The notes below the pieces were generated by a model that had not been told where the DNA came from, ran no database searches, and saw only the letters and a list, made by a program, of their open reading frames with translations. A DNA stretch of 64,000 bases, from assembly GCA_021613535.1 (NCBI GenBank), contig CP075494.1:3348001-3412000 (forward strand), written 5' to 3'. The stretch is from Adineta vaga (Eukaryota; Animalia; Rotifera). The position numbers and the translations under genes were made by a program. Positions 48,362 through 59,908 of this stretch are shown here, piece after piece (the stretch's first letter is position 1; every line of letters starts with the position of its first letter).

Positions 48362-49893
48362 ATGGGACAGATACTATTACGACATTGGAAATCATCATCA
48401 GAATCATCAGTATCTCAGAGCAATGATCATAAAAGCAATGTACGACGGAAACCATCAGGTTGGTGTAAATTAGCTATATCAGCCTTAGTTCCATGTATAC
48501 TAGGCATCTTTACAATTGTTTTTACATTACAGCAACAAGAACTCTCCAAACAACAGCAAGAACAAGAACGTTGGCACCAACTCGATTCTCAACAACAAAC
48601 ATCATTTGGTACATACATCAATGATGTGTCAAACTATCTCGCACAACAACTAAACGTGCATACAGGTTTTGACAAAACCTCTCTATTATATATCCGAACA
48701 AAAACTTTAACTGTGCTACGAATTCTGAATGCTGAACGTAGAAAATATGTTCTCCTATTCTTGTATGAAAGTGGTCTCATCCGTGATTTTCATCTTGACT
48801 TGCGTGGAGCTGATTTAAGCAATGTTCAATTGATTGGACCATACAAATTAGACAACCTTTATCTGCCCGGTGTCTTCTGGTCGAATGCTATGTTTGTTGA
48901 TTGTCAACTAACCAATGCTACTTTCGATCGATCGATTATGAACAATACACATTTCATTCGATCGAAATTAGATTCCGCTTCATTTGTTGAAGCTATCTTG
49001 AACTATACAAATTTCAGAGGAAGCGACATTATGCAGGCAAACTTTACTGGAGCACATATGGTTGGTGCAAATTTTCTCGATGCAGAAGTAGTTCAAGGAA
49101 ATATATTTATAAATAGTGATTTATTGGGAGCTCGTTTCACCAAAGAACAATTTCAAGGACAACGACTGACTACAGTACCACATAAGCTAGATCATGCACG
49201 TTTACCTAATGGCACTTTTGGACCGATTGATGCGAAAAAAAATCTCGTTCGGAATGGTGATGCTGAATGGAATGTATAAGAACTTATCTTTCCATTTAAC
49301 ATTATGATTTACTCTCTTTGTCTTTTGTTTAGTGTTCGACAGAGAAGCCGGGAGCTTCGAAAATGATTTATTCCAATACTATACTGTACACTCGTGATGT
49401 ACGAAATATTTCCATAATGAACATGACATTCGGCGATTTTGAGCGAGCAAAATGCTCATTTGCAGTCGAACCCAAAGCTCGAGCTATTCAAAACATCGAT
49501 CTACGTCTTTATTCACTTCTCATCGATGCTGGTCTGGCTGTATTTACTGCATCAGCTCTGATAGGTTGTGATATCCCCGGTAATAATGCATATTTATCTG
49601 TGCTTATGCAACGTCCCGATGGACTAGCACAAGGTCAGCGATTATATTTAAGTGAGATTAGAATGAAATAGGTTTCTTTTCTTTCATCCTACACTTTGCT
49701 TTTGGCTTTTTCAGGCTCAGATGGAATCAAACTAGATGATAAATTTGTGATGCAACCATATCGAATATTAGCAAAACGAATGATGAAATATACACGTCAG
49801 GTCGCTATTACTTTTGGTGTTGAAACGTTGCGTCCACCAGGCAGTTGGTGTTACTTTGACAATATGACATTCAGCGTTCGACAAACGATCTGA
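48362..49893 (+). CDS. Membrane-anchored pentapeptide-repeat protein with a C-terminal NLV.NGDAE domain, 3 exons (48362-49273, 49333-49651, 49715-49893)
   Basis: One TM segment, YIRTKTLTVLR..LFLYESGLI, and A(D/N)(L/F)xx pentapeptide repeats; two short GT-AG introns keep the frame. Confidence 0.85.
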
Positions 49894-49975
49894 ATGTTTT
49901 GAAAAATGAAAGTGTCTATGGTTCATCGTCCTTGACTCAACTACAATCGCTCTCACCTTTTCTTTTGTTGTTTCC

Positions 49976-50013
49976 TGAGGGTGTGGGTGCTGGTGTGTTT
50001 TCCACCTACACCC
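49976..50013. repeat. Telomere-like inverted junction motif
   Basis: TGAGGGTGTGGGTGCTGGTGTG ... CCACCTACACCC. Confidence 0.75.
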
Positions 50014-50991
50014 TTACTGAATTGTTCGCTCGTGTATTTCGATAAGAAATATAAATATCAACGATGTTTCATAACATTTCGTTTTTTGAATTTGAATCTA
50101 TTTCAAATATTGTGAACATTTGTCATGGACTTCGTCCATGATTCTTCTACTCCTCTTCCATTCCACTCCTCTTCACTTATATTTCTCCCCATAGTAGATC
50201 GCTCTCTCACAAGACAACACACCCGGTCCAAATTATGTTAATGTTCCAAATATCTTCCTGATCAAATCGATCACTCTTGACTACACACAGGTTGTGGCAG
50301 CCTGTAGTCACTCATTTCCTCTCTTATAATTACGGTTTCATTATTTCATAACAACTTCTGTCAACAACTCAATTTGTTTCAATCTATGTTCCTTTTCGTC
50401 ACTCTGTAATTTCACATCGTTTTGTTTTTGTGCTGCTTTTGTCATACATTCTGATTCTTGATTTTATCTGGCGTTAATGCTTTGCCATTTCTCTCTTGAT
50501 GCTCAGTTCTGGATATAGATTTCTTCAGCTTCCTCTTTCATGAAATGTTTTCTGATTGTTCCTTTTGTTGTTTTTTTTCTGATGTCCTTTTTACCCTCCT
50601 ATGTCCAGCCGTGGCTTGGAGGGGGAAGGTGTCATGGCCTTCAGCCATGATAACTCATGAGTCAAGGAATCCATGAGTCATGTACATGTGATCACGGATG
50701 GGTGTGGGTGTGTTCCATCTCATAATCATTCCCTCAATAAAGCTTCCCGCCTCACAACATTCTTCAATATATTTTGTTGTCACTCCAAGTTTTTGTTAAA
50801 TACGGAAAAAAGACACATCAAGACAAAGTTTTCGCATTGTTTGTAAGAGAAAAAATGACGTCATGCATGTTGATAGTTGACTTCTAAAATGTAAATATTC
50901 TTATCAATAACTAATAAATATCGCACCTTTTTCACTTTTCTAAGCTCATTTTTCAACATCATTCTCGACAACAACAACAACAACAGCAAAA

Positions 50992-51561
50992 ATGATGAAA
51001 ATCTTCTTTATCGTTTTTATAAGTGTTCTATTACCAATGATGACTGATGCTCGGTGTAGTTACGGTTGTTATTGTATTGATGATAGTTCTTGCGATTATT
51101 ATTGTGAAAGCAATATGTGTCAAAATGAAACTCCATTATGGCAAAAATGTTCAGGTTATTATTCTCATCCTCGACAATGTGGAATTGTTTCGTATTGCGA
51201 TCCAGATTCTGGTTATACTTGCCAATTACAAAAGAATTACGGTGAATCATGTACATATGATTATTCATGTTTATCTGGCAATTGTGATTATAAAACGAAG
51301 ACATGTCAATCGAAACCATTTAATTTATTATATCCAATTATTATACCAAGTATAGCTGTCTTTTTTATTATTATAATTATTCTTATTTCTGTTACTGTAT
51401 GTCGACAAAGAATGCGTGCATCAGCACTCTATCGAGCTCCTTACGTGATTTTACCATCAGGTGCTCCATATTCATATCAAAGTCCTTATATCGTTGGAGA
51501 AGTTCCACCACCAGCTTATCCAAGTGCTACACCAACACCAAAACCATATCAAAGTGGATAA
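50992..51561 (+). CDS. Single-pass membrane protein with Cys-rich ectodomain and cytoplasmic PPAY motif
   Basis: Signal peptide, Cys-rich repeats (GESCTYDYSCLSGNC), TM segment, VPPPAYP. Confidence 0.8.
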   Translation: MMKIFFIVFISVLLPMMTDARCSYGCYCIDDSSCDYYCESNMCQNETPLWQKCSGYYSHPRQCGIVSYCDPDSGYTCQLQKNYGESCTYDYSCLSGNCDYKTKTCQSKPFNLLYPIIIPSIAVFFIIIIILISVTVCRQRMRASALYRAPYVILPSGAPYSYQSPYIVGEVPPPAYPSATPTPKPYQSG

Positions 51562-52099
51562 GATTGCATTTCTAAAAACACTACAGTTGTGATTTGATGT
51601 ATTGGGAAAACAATAAATATGTGTGATTTCTTCTAATATTCGATTGTACTCTTTTACATTATTCAATTTGATTTTGCTATATTAGTACTATTCAGTTTAT
51701 AGTGAGGCAAATCAGAGTAAAAACCGGACGATATAGCACGTGCTTTTCAAATTTGATCTACACGTTTTAAAATGATTAAGAATTATCAAACCCATAGATA
51801 AAATTCAATAAGGTTTGTCTAGAAAATTCATCTACGTAGAATAAAGATATATTTGCATAGAACTCGACGAGAGTATGGGTGTCAGTGTGCTTTCTTTAAT
51901 CGCTCTCGGTTACACTCTTGTCACCTATACGACATATGGAAAATATTTCATATTCATTTCCTACTAATTCGATTTATAGTGTATAAGAGAAACATTTAAG
52001 TATAAAAGCCTTGCATATATCTTCGATGATGTAATAGGATAAGTATTTTCTCTCAAAACTTCTTTTTGTCAAAAGAAAAATTTGAATAAAAATCTTTTT

Positions 52100-52649
52100 T
52101 ATCACAAATAACGTCAAATTTTTGTACTCGATGATATGCCCAACTGCTAACATAAAGATTTCTTCACATATCAATTGATTTGGCCTAGATCCATTTTCAC
52201 AAATAATAATTTCACCTTCTTTCGCTCCTTCACTCCAACGCATAATTCAATCATGTCTCCAATCTAAAACGTAAATTTAACGATAATTATCAACCACTAA
52301 AACCATGAAAAAAGTACAGTTGATTAAGATTCTCTCCTAATCCATTTCCTCCAGCTACAATGACACCTTCCTTTGCATCTTTTCTCTATTTCATAATATG
52401 ATGATTATCTTGATCAATAATAATTCCTATAGGATAGGCGAGTTGATTCAATTTATCTCCTCCTCTGTATTCTCCAGCGACGATCTTTTTCTCTTGTTTC
52501 CATTTGTTGCATTTGATCTCCATTGATAATTTACAGATACCAATCTTACCAGTACCTATCATCGGAATACATGCACAAGCACTATTACTCGAACATCGAC
52601 TATATGGAATTGAGTTGTTACATGTCTGAGAGTTAACTTGAACAAACAA
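52100..52649 (-). pseudogene. Degraded NHL-repeat gene with a Cys-rich N-terminus
   Basis: Fragments VAGEYRGGDKLNQLAYPIGIIID, VAGGNGLGENLNQL and MRWSEGAKEGEII in different frames. Confidence 0.7.
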
Positions 52650-52841
52650 ACCAATTATATTAAATTAAAACAAAATAAAATACATGTAGTTAATAAAAAG
52701 AATTCAGAAAGAGAGAAGATTTTCAGTACCTTAATAGAAAAAGAAGAAAATAAGTCATTCTGATTTTAGTTATTCTTGCAGATTGAATAATTTGAATAAG
52801 AAAATATTTTCACAAATTTATCTTTTCATTCTTTAGTATTT

Positions 52842-52866
52842 ACCCACACCCACACCCACACCCACC
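52842..52866. repeat. Perfect (CCCACA)n tract, i.e. (TGTGGG)n on the minus strand
   Basis: ACCCACACCCACACCCACACCCACC. Confidence 0.8.
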
Positions 52867-53135
52867 CTTTATGATGTGCCTGACATAAGACATAAGATAA
52901 AAATGTAAAACATTCTGCTTTTTTCATTTTGTATATTTATTTCTGCACCTTTTCAATAGAGACTTTCAGAAAAACTAATTCGAGAATAATGTTACTCGAT
53001 TCACATAGATGTTGACCATCAGATGATTAATCCTCTTCAAACAGTTTTTATTTTTCAAATCATATTTGACAACAAAAAATATCGTCAAGTAAGTTGAATT
53101 CCAACAAATCGCTGTGGTAATGTTCTGACTTTGCT

Positions 53136-54086
53136 TTAACTATTGGTTATTCTCACGACTGGAACAAACACTTCCGATCGTATATTAAGTATCTTCATCA
53201 CTGATAATTTCAACGGATCGGTAAATTGAAACACAGTAAGCATTGTACATAAGAATGATATAACAGCACATGTAAACAGTATTCGAAAGTAATAGATTGG
53301 TGGAGAGGTAAAAAATGATAATATAAAGAAGATAGTATAAGGAATACAGATTGGTATTAGAACTGTTACTATGATAACTATGCGTCGAATCATTTTCAAT
53401 TCACATTGAATACGATAGAGAACATTTGCCGGTGTTACACGTTTGTTCATCTTTTTAACATAACGAATAAGTTTCAGATAAATGAACATAACCAATGTGA
53501 GCGGAATGGAATAGACACATAGTGCAAGGAAAATTAATGCAAAAGAAAGTCGAAGAGGAACGTCACAAACATCAATGTCAGCATCATAGATGATGTCACC
53601 AGTAAACATAAAAGCCATTGGAAATATCAATCCATAGAACCACGTGAGAACGATAAGAAAGAATTGAATTCTTCCTGATAACCAATTGACACGTTTCGGA
53701 TAAAAAACAATAAGATATCGATAGATTGCTTGAAGAAGAAATGAACAGATAACGATAGTACAGAAAGCAAATCTTAAATAAGCTCGAAATACACACAAAT
53801 CATCTTGATATTCAGTTGCTTGAAGATCATTTTGCAATCGAAGTATACCCATCCAGCACATATTACTTGCATGTAACACTCCAATTACACATGAATTTCC
53901 CACAAATAACATTGGAACTGTATGGCATGTTTTATCAATTACGATGATTAATAAAAATAGTACAGACAGTATGATGATCAATATGAGACATATGATATTG
54001 AGAATATCGACTGGAATATACCACGATTCGATATTGATGATAATGGAGGAGTTTGAAGGAAAAACTAGATAGGATGTTGAATTCAT
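53136..54086 (-). CDS. Rhodopsin-like orphan GPCR, paralog of 36830-37747
   Basis: IESWYIPVDI, DKTCHTVPM, LQNDLQ..YQDDLCVFRAY and LQAIYRY match the corresponding segments of the 36.8-kb GPCR. Confidence 0.87.
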   Translation of the reverse strand: MNSTSYLVFPSNSSIIINIESWYIPVDILNIICLILIIILSVLFLLIIVIDKTCHTVPMLFVGNSCVIGVLHASNMCWMGILRLQNDLQATEYQDDLCVFRAYLRFAFCTIVICSFLLQAIYRYLIVFYPKRVNWLSGRIQFFLIVLTWFYGLIFPMAFMFTGDIIYDADIDVCDVPLRLSFALIFLALCVYSIPLTLVMFIYLKLIRYVKKMNKRVTPANVLYRIQCELKMIRRIVIIVTVLIPICIPYTIFFILSFFTSPPIYYFRILFTCAVISFLCTMLTVFQFTDPLKLSVMKILNIRSEVFVPVVRITNS

Positions 54087-54554
54087 TTTCCTTAACAAAT
54101 GAAGAAAAAATTGATATATTTTTCTTCTGATCTTATAGTTTTGAAGATATATCTGAATAGAGGAAGTCAGAAGTGATGCTTTCGATAAATAGTGACGTTA
54201 ACAAAACATATGGAAGTGTTTTTTTGTATGTATATATTCAACAACGATGTGTTTCAATGGAGAATATCAAATAATTATTTTCAAAGGAAATATTCTGTTG
54301 ATCGAATTTTCCATTTCAAATATATTAAGTATCATTTGAAATTCTTTCCGTTATTAATGTGAATGAAAGATTCATGACAATCAACTTTTTCTTTAGTAAA
54401 CTTGGTGAGATACTTGAAATATTATTATTATTTCTGTTTTTTTTTATTAGAAGAAAATAAACTAATAAAAAAATTGTGCAAATAAAATTAAAAGGTATCA
54501 GAGGATATTCTCTGAAATAATCTTGAAGATGATGCGAGTGTTATCTTATTATCT

Positions 54555-54572
54555 CCACACCCACCCCTCAAG
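54555..54572. repeat. Telomere-like junction motif, C arm
   Basis: CCACACCCACCCCTCAAG. Confidence 0.7.
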
Positions 54573-55084
54573 GTGTTAATAAATAGGTGGTCGTATGAAA
54601 ATGGCATATCATTATTTTATTAATTTTAAAATTTTGTATATTAAAAACATTTTGAGAGTGAGAATGTGAATGTTCGTTTAACCTAAAATCTCTTTAATTA
54701 AAAAAAATCGAGATTATTCAATGAAAATCGAAACTCCTATTGTCTCCTCGATGACTGCTGGCTCAGATTTTAGTTAAATCCGTGGAACTTGCTGGAGTTT
54801 TGCTGTCAGATCTTCGATGAATGTGTTAGCTTGTTTAAGTAAGTTGTTCGTCCAATTGTTGGAAAAAAGAGATGATATCGTGTTCAGTACTTCTTGAAAA
54901 TCAAAAATTTGTTTTCTAATCGGAAGAAAAACAATCGTTTCTACCACCACAATCCACCTTCTGTATATTTGCTACTGATTGGTCGCTTACTTCCCATCCT
55001 CGTTCGTATCCTGTCTCTTCTTAGTGACTCATACATAAGATTATGACACTTGTAATGTCACAGATCTCGGATTAATGTGGTTGA

Positions 55085-58000
55085 TCACGATGATCGTATT
55101 ATGTTTGAAAGATGTATACCCAATGAGGTGTCTTTGAGAAATATAGTGTAATACTGACTCGAAGGTACAATATAGAGAAAGAATATACTCATTTGTGGTG
55201 CGAAAGAAACATAGTAGCTGAGCAGAGTAAGTTTTGAAAACCAGATATCAGCATCATAGTCACATGCATTGAGAAAAAGAAACACAATTTCCGGCAACTG
55301 TGCCAGAAAACAAGCAATAGGACCGAGTAGGAGATCGATTCGCTTGCGTGTTTGGTCAATTAGAGTGTTGTGTGTCTTCTTTCGATGAGCATGAGTTTTA
55401 GATCGAGTGATTGCCAGAATGATGATCAATGCCGCGGTAATGTTCACCAGAAAAGGGACTGCTTGATGCATCAAAGCTAAAATTTGTGTAAGTAGTTGTT
55501 CATCCTGTGAAATTTCACGAATACACCAAGGAAACAAATCGTCAGGATGATTGACTAATTCGTATTGCTTGATAAATATGTAATTGGAACCCAGAACAAT
55601 CAATGCGACTATGACGATCAGTATGACGGCTTTCTTTGGCTTTTGCAATGAAGACCATCGAGAATATTGAATTGCAGCCAGTGCTCGTTCTACTGTGACC
55701 ATCGCCATCAACCATAGAGTGATATAGTAGAAAGTGTGCATGAGCATTGGTAAACCCTTGCACAGCACTATATTCATTTTATTCCAGATTATAATTCGTC
55801 GTACCATGTACAGGTAAATAATTCGTATAACTAACAATATGAGCACTAGTAAACTAAATATCGATGTTGTGAGAAGGTGAAGAGCAACTCCACTTTTACG
55901 AAGTTTTTGTTGTACAAAAGTAATTATCGACAGCGAATTGAAAATTAACCCGTTGATGAGGAGAAATGTTGGTGTTATAAAATGTTTGTGACCCCAGCCT
56001 GTTTTCTCAATGAGAAATTCAACTGAAATGGAGAAGCGACCGGATGAAAACTGACACAACACGCCTGAGATACATTTCGGACATACACAATTGAAATCAG
56101 TTCTGTTCGTTAGATCACCCTGAACACAATGCCCTTGATTCTGACAGTGACTACATGTAGTGTACCGTCGCTGATAAGAGAGACAGTTACTTATATTTTT
56201 ATGTGGATAACCACAGTAGCAGAGATATCCATCAGAGATAAAGCAAGTGCCATAGGTGAGATTTTGACAGAAACTATAAAATAAAGTAACGGCATGCCTT
56301 TCAGCTTCAGGTAAAATGTGACATTTGTTTAGTGCCAAGCTGAGATCAACTGAAAAGTTTCGTACTTGATCGGAACAATTGATAAAAAGTAAATATAAAG
56401 TGCTCTCGATTGAATTCATGGTCGATTCAAAAGTGAAGAGTAATCCAATTTCAGGAAGCATTGCAATTTGATAACGGTCATCACGAGTCTTGATCGTCTG
56501 AATTAATGGAAATGATGTCGATGGTGGAATAAGGATTTGCTGACGGATTGTTGGATAATCTCCTGCAAGTTGAAGTAATTGCAGAAGAAATAGTTGCTGA
56601 TTTGGTTCATTCCGATGGACGCTAATCACTGGCCGATTGATGTTACAATCAGATGTGTTACAGATGCAGATATGCCCATTGATAGGAGGATGTGACTTTG
56701 GAATGCAGATTTCATTCGAATCACAATTGTGCCATTGACATTTTAGATTCTGAACGTAACAGTAAGGTTCGAAATAGCCGCGAGGACAAACACAGATACT
56801 TTCTGTTCGGGCCAATGAATATGATGAACAATGAACATTTTCAATTCTCATCTCGCATAATCTTCCTTTCCAGTTGCGTGTACAAATGCAGAGAAACCCA
56901 ATATTCTCGCGTTGATAACAGGTTGCATTGTTTTGACAAAAGTTGTGTGAACAAAACCAGGGAAGTGAACGTGCAGGAAATCGAAGTACCTTGGCTATGC
57001 GAAGTACAGGCAAAAAGTCTAATGGACTCACTGAATACTCCCAGAAATGAATTAGTTCTATAGAATGATAGACTTCAATTCGCACTGAATACATTCCTGG
57101 AGGTTTTGGTCGAGAATAAATTAAATATGTATTATACTTTGATGGATGTTCCTTAGCTTCATCAAGGAAAAATCGATGATCGATTATCACGCTTTTGTTT
57201 AAAACAAGAGTGACCAAGACGTTCAAAACAATTGGAAGATCCTGACGATACGCTCGATCAAAGCGAAGCCGAACACTTACTCGTCGACTGTTGAATTGAC
57301 AACGATCACCGTAAAACGTCGGTGGACAAAAGCAAAAAAGTTCAGAGCTGTTAGCAGCTTGTAAATAAAAACCTCGATTACAATAGAAGTGCCTGATCGA
57401 TGATTGTTTAACTTCGTGATCCGAATGAGATGACATCTGCAAAAGTTTCATCTGCGATTCTGTTTGACCATAGCATGTTTTTTTGTTGTTGACAATTAGT
57501 TTGACCTTTTGTGTACGATAGACATAATTTTCGTTAGTCGAATTTGGACACCAAAAATATTGAGACTTATCTTTGCATGTGTTTTGTCTAGTACATCTAA
57601 TACTCTTACAACCATTTTGATCTGCACATGAAAACTGTCCAGCAGAACACCAACCAGTATTCCAATAACAAATTGATTCATCCGTACCATCTAGACAATC
57701 GCTGATTCCGTTACAAACTGCGGAATAATCGATACATTTCCTTCCATTATCACATAGGAAACGATCACCAAGCATTCGATAATCATGACACGATGCAACA
57801 TTGCGCTCATCACGAGCTCCTATACAGTCAATATTTCCATCGCCCACTTGATGCCATAGAATACAAGAACGATTCAGACTTTGATTTTTTAGATAATCAT
57901 CGGTAATACAAAAGTATTCGATACTATTGTTACATCTCTGTTCAAATTTCCATTGCTGTATTCTTTGAGAACAATTAACTTCATCTTCACCATCATTACA

Positions 58001-59908
58001 ATCAAATTCTCCATCACAAATAAATTTTTGTTCGATACATTGTCCTGTTCGGCTACATTGATACAAACCAGGGTCACAGATCCAGTTCGAGCAGTTTTTT
58101 TCATCGACACCATTCATGGTGTCCCAATTTGAATCACAGTAACGATGAAAATGTAGTCGGGTGTCTTTCAAACGATTTTCTTGGAAACGATCTCCTTGGA
58201 AAACCCAACATGCATAAGCATCATTCACATAACATTTGAGCGTAGACCAACGTAATTCGTTGGATATTTCATCACTTCCATCAGCGCAATCCTCTACGCC
58301 GTTACCTAACTTCGTATAGCTGATATATTGAGAAGGAGATGTGACAGTTTGACATCGATAGCGAAACGGTTGAGTCATTGGATAATTCGGATTTCTTTCA
58401 TCATCTCCGTAAAGACAATCAATGTAACCATCATTGATTCGACGCAATGCAATATGATCTGAGGTATTATCACATCGATAGAGAGACGATGTGATAGAAG
58501 AGTCTTGATTATAGTCAGGTCTCTTATCACTCAAGGATTGATTCATAATTTTCTGACATATAAAATGTAATAGCGGAAAAAATGGGTATAATGTAAGTTT
58601 TTGCAATTCTTGATGATCGAACCAAATTTTTCTCGATATTCTTAATGTTTCGTCGTCACATACAACATCACCAGTGAAATAGTAGAAATCAGGCGTCTTT
58701 GGTATCGGCTTGCGGAAATTATTTGTATTGTTGAAAAACTGGACGATTCGAGAACGATTGTAGAGCATCTTTAGACCTGGAAAAAAAGCATTTTGTTCTG
58801 AATACAGGATAAGGTCATCACAACGCGTTCTAAGATTGATAACAGCCAACTGACGAGATTGCTTAGCAGGATGAATTTGTAATAAATGTCCGAGAGTTTG
58901 TCTACAGTCTGAGTTGTTCGTTAAAGAAGTAAAAGCAAGTTTCATTGTATCTTTACAGATCCCAAACCACTCTCCAGACAACTGTTGTGTTCCCCATACT
59001 TCACAAATATAAGCAATATGGCGTGCGTTTTTACATCCGTTTTTATCGTTTAAAACGGCTGACCATGGTACGCATTCACCATTTCCACATGAAAACTGAT
59101 CTTTACGGCACAGTCGATCATCGCAATCGAATGTGGAATGTATAGGACAATCGGCATACCGTTTATAGAGTTCATCAAGTTCCTGCTCATCACTCCAATC
59201 TAAACAATCAGGCATCGCATCGAAGGCAAATTCGCTTGGAATACACATTCCATTGCGACATTGAAATTCGTCTGGTTCACATTGAAAATATTCTAACAGC
59301 TGACAATTAAGCTCATCAGCTCCATTCTGGCATTGAATGAATCCATCACAAATATGTCGCCATTCGAGAAACATATCTGCACCTGGACATATGATTCCAT
59401 CCACAAATCGTGTAAGTATTTCATCACTATCTAAATCGATGGTGGCCATTTGTTGATTTAACCAAGGGCCAGGTGTAACCGATGTGGACGGCAAACTGTA
59501 TTCGCAATGTCTGCCATTTCGATTGTGACTGCAGTTGCATATAGTTGTTTTGGCTGCTTGAGCATTCTCACCATCGTCATTTAAATGAGCAGCGTATTGT
59601 TCGATTAGATAAAAAGGTATTACCCAACTGATCAAATCATCAGTACTAACGTTAAGTTTCTTCAATTTGTCAAAGTTTAGTAACTCTCCATTATGACATG
59701 ATGTAATATTGTCAGTCAATATAACTGGACGGCAAAAATAGCGGTAGTCAAGAACGAAACATTCGGCTCGGATTGAATCTTTCGAAAAGATCATCCAAAG
59801 ATGACTAATACCTCCGTCGATCAATTGTAGTAAGCTGTATACGACTATAATCCATAGTTGGGAAGTATACATGTTTCTATTCCAACTTGTTTCAAAATTA
59901 ACAGACAA
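55085..59908 (-). CDS. Large LDL-receptor class A + EGF repeat GPCR, single ORF of about 1600 aa; start probably at the ATG near 59872
   Basis: Many LDLa repeats (CDGFIQCQNGADE, CDGEFDCNDGEDE), EGF repeats (CFCPPTFYGDRC, CQNNATC), and a C-terminal 7TM region with MVTVERA. Confidence 0.88.
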   Translation of the reverse strand: MSVNFETSWNRNMYTSQLWIIVVYSLLQLIDGGISHLWMIFSKDSIRAECFVLDYRYFCRPVILTDNITSCHNGELLNFDKLKKLNVSTDDLISWVIPFYLIEQYAAHLNDDGENAQAAKTTICNCSHNRNGRHCEYSLPSTSVTPGPWLNQQMATIDLDSDEILTRFVDGIICPGADMFLEWRHICDGFIQCQNGADELNCQLLEYFQCEPDEFQCRNGMCIPSEFAFDAMPDCLDWSDEQELDELYKRYADCPIHSTFDCDDRLCRKDQFSCGNGECVPWSAVLNDKNGCKNARHIAYICEVWGTQQLSGEWFGICKDTMKLAFTSLTNNSDCRQTLGHLLQIHPAKQSRQLAVINLRTRCDDLILYSEQNAFFPGLKMLYNRSRIVQFFNNTNNFRKPIPKTPDFYYFTGDVVCDDETLRISRKIWFDHQELQKLTLYPFFPLLHFICQKIMNQSLSDKRPDYNQDSSITSSLYRCDNTSDHIALRRINDGYIDCLYGDDERNPNYPMTQPFRYRCQTVTSPSQYISYTKLGNGVEDCADGSDEISNELRWSTLKCYVNDAYACWVFQGDRFQENRLKDTRLHFHRYCDSNWDTMNGVDEKNCSNWICDPGLYQCSRTGQCIEQKFICDGEFDCNDGEDEVNCSQRIQQWKFEQRCNNSIEYFCITDDYLKNQSLNRSCILWHQVGDGNIDCIGARDERNVASCHDYRMLGDRFLCDNGRKCIDYSAVCNGISDCLDGTDESICYWNTGWCSAGQFSCADQNGCKSIRCTRQNTCKDKSQYFWCPNSTNENYVYRTQKVKLIVNNKKTCYGQTESQMKLLQMSSHSDHEVKQSSIRHFYCNRGFYLQAANSSELFCFCPPTFYGDRCQFNSRRVSVRLRFDRAYRQDLPIVLNVLVTLVLNKSVIIDHRFFLDEAKEHPSKYNTYLIYSRPKPPGMYSVRIEVYHSIELIHFWEYSVSPLDFLPVLRIAKVLRFPARSLPWFCSHNFCQNNATCYQRENIGFLCICTRNWKGRLCEMRIENVHCSSYSLARTESICVCPRGYFEPYCYVQNLKCQWHNCDSNEICIPKSHPPINGHICICNTSDCNINRPVISVHRNEPNQQLFLLQLLQLAGDYPTIRQQILIPPSTSFPLIQTIKTRDDRYQIAMLPEIGLLFTFESTMNSIESTLYLLFINCSDQVRNFSVDLSLALNKCHILPEAERHAVTLFYSFCQNLTYGTCFISDGYLCYCGYPHKNISNCLSYQRRYTTCSHCQNQGHCVQGDLTNRTDFNCVCPKCISGVLCQFSSGRFSISVEFLIEKTGWGHKHFITPTFLLINGLIFNSLSIITFVQQKLRKSGVALHLLTTSIFSLLVLILLVIRIIYLYMVRRIIIWNKMNIVLCKGLPMLMHTFYYITLWLMAMVTVERALAAIQYSRWSSLQKPKKAVILIVIVALIVLGSNYIFIKQYELVNHPDDLFPWCIREISQDEQLLTQILALMHQAVPFLVNITAALIIILAITRSKTHAHRKKTHNTLIDQTRKRIDLLLGPIACFLAQLPEIVFLFLNACDYDADIWFSKLTLLSYYVSFAPQMSIFFLYIVPSSQYYTIFLKDTSLGIHLSNIIRSS

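Noticed and set aside
50150-50690. Purine-rich minus-strand stretch resembling a decayed retroelement
   Set aside because: Frames are riddled with stops and no RT or endonuclease motif could be identified.
55542-59145. Short ORFs overlapping the large receptor gene, and similar shadow ORFs elsewhere
   Set aside because: Alternative-frame or antisense by-products of real CDSs.
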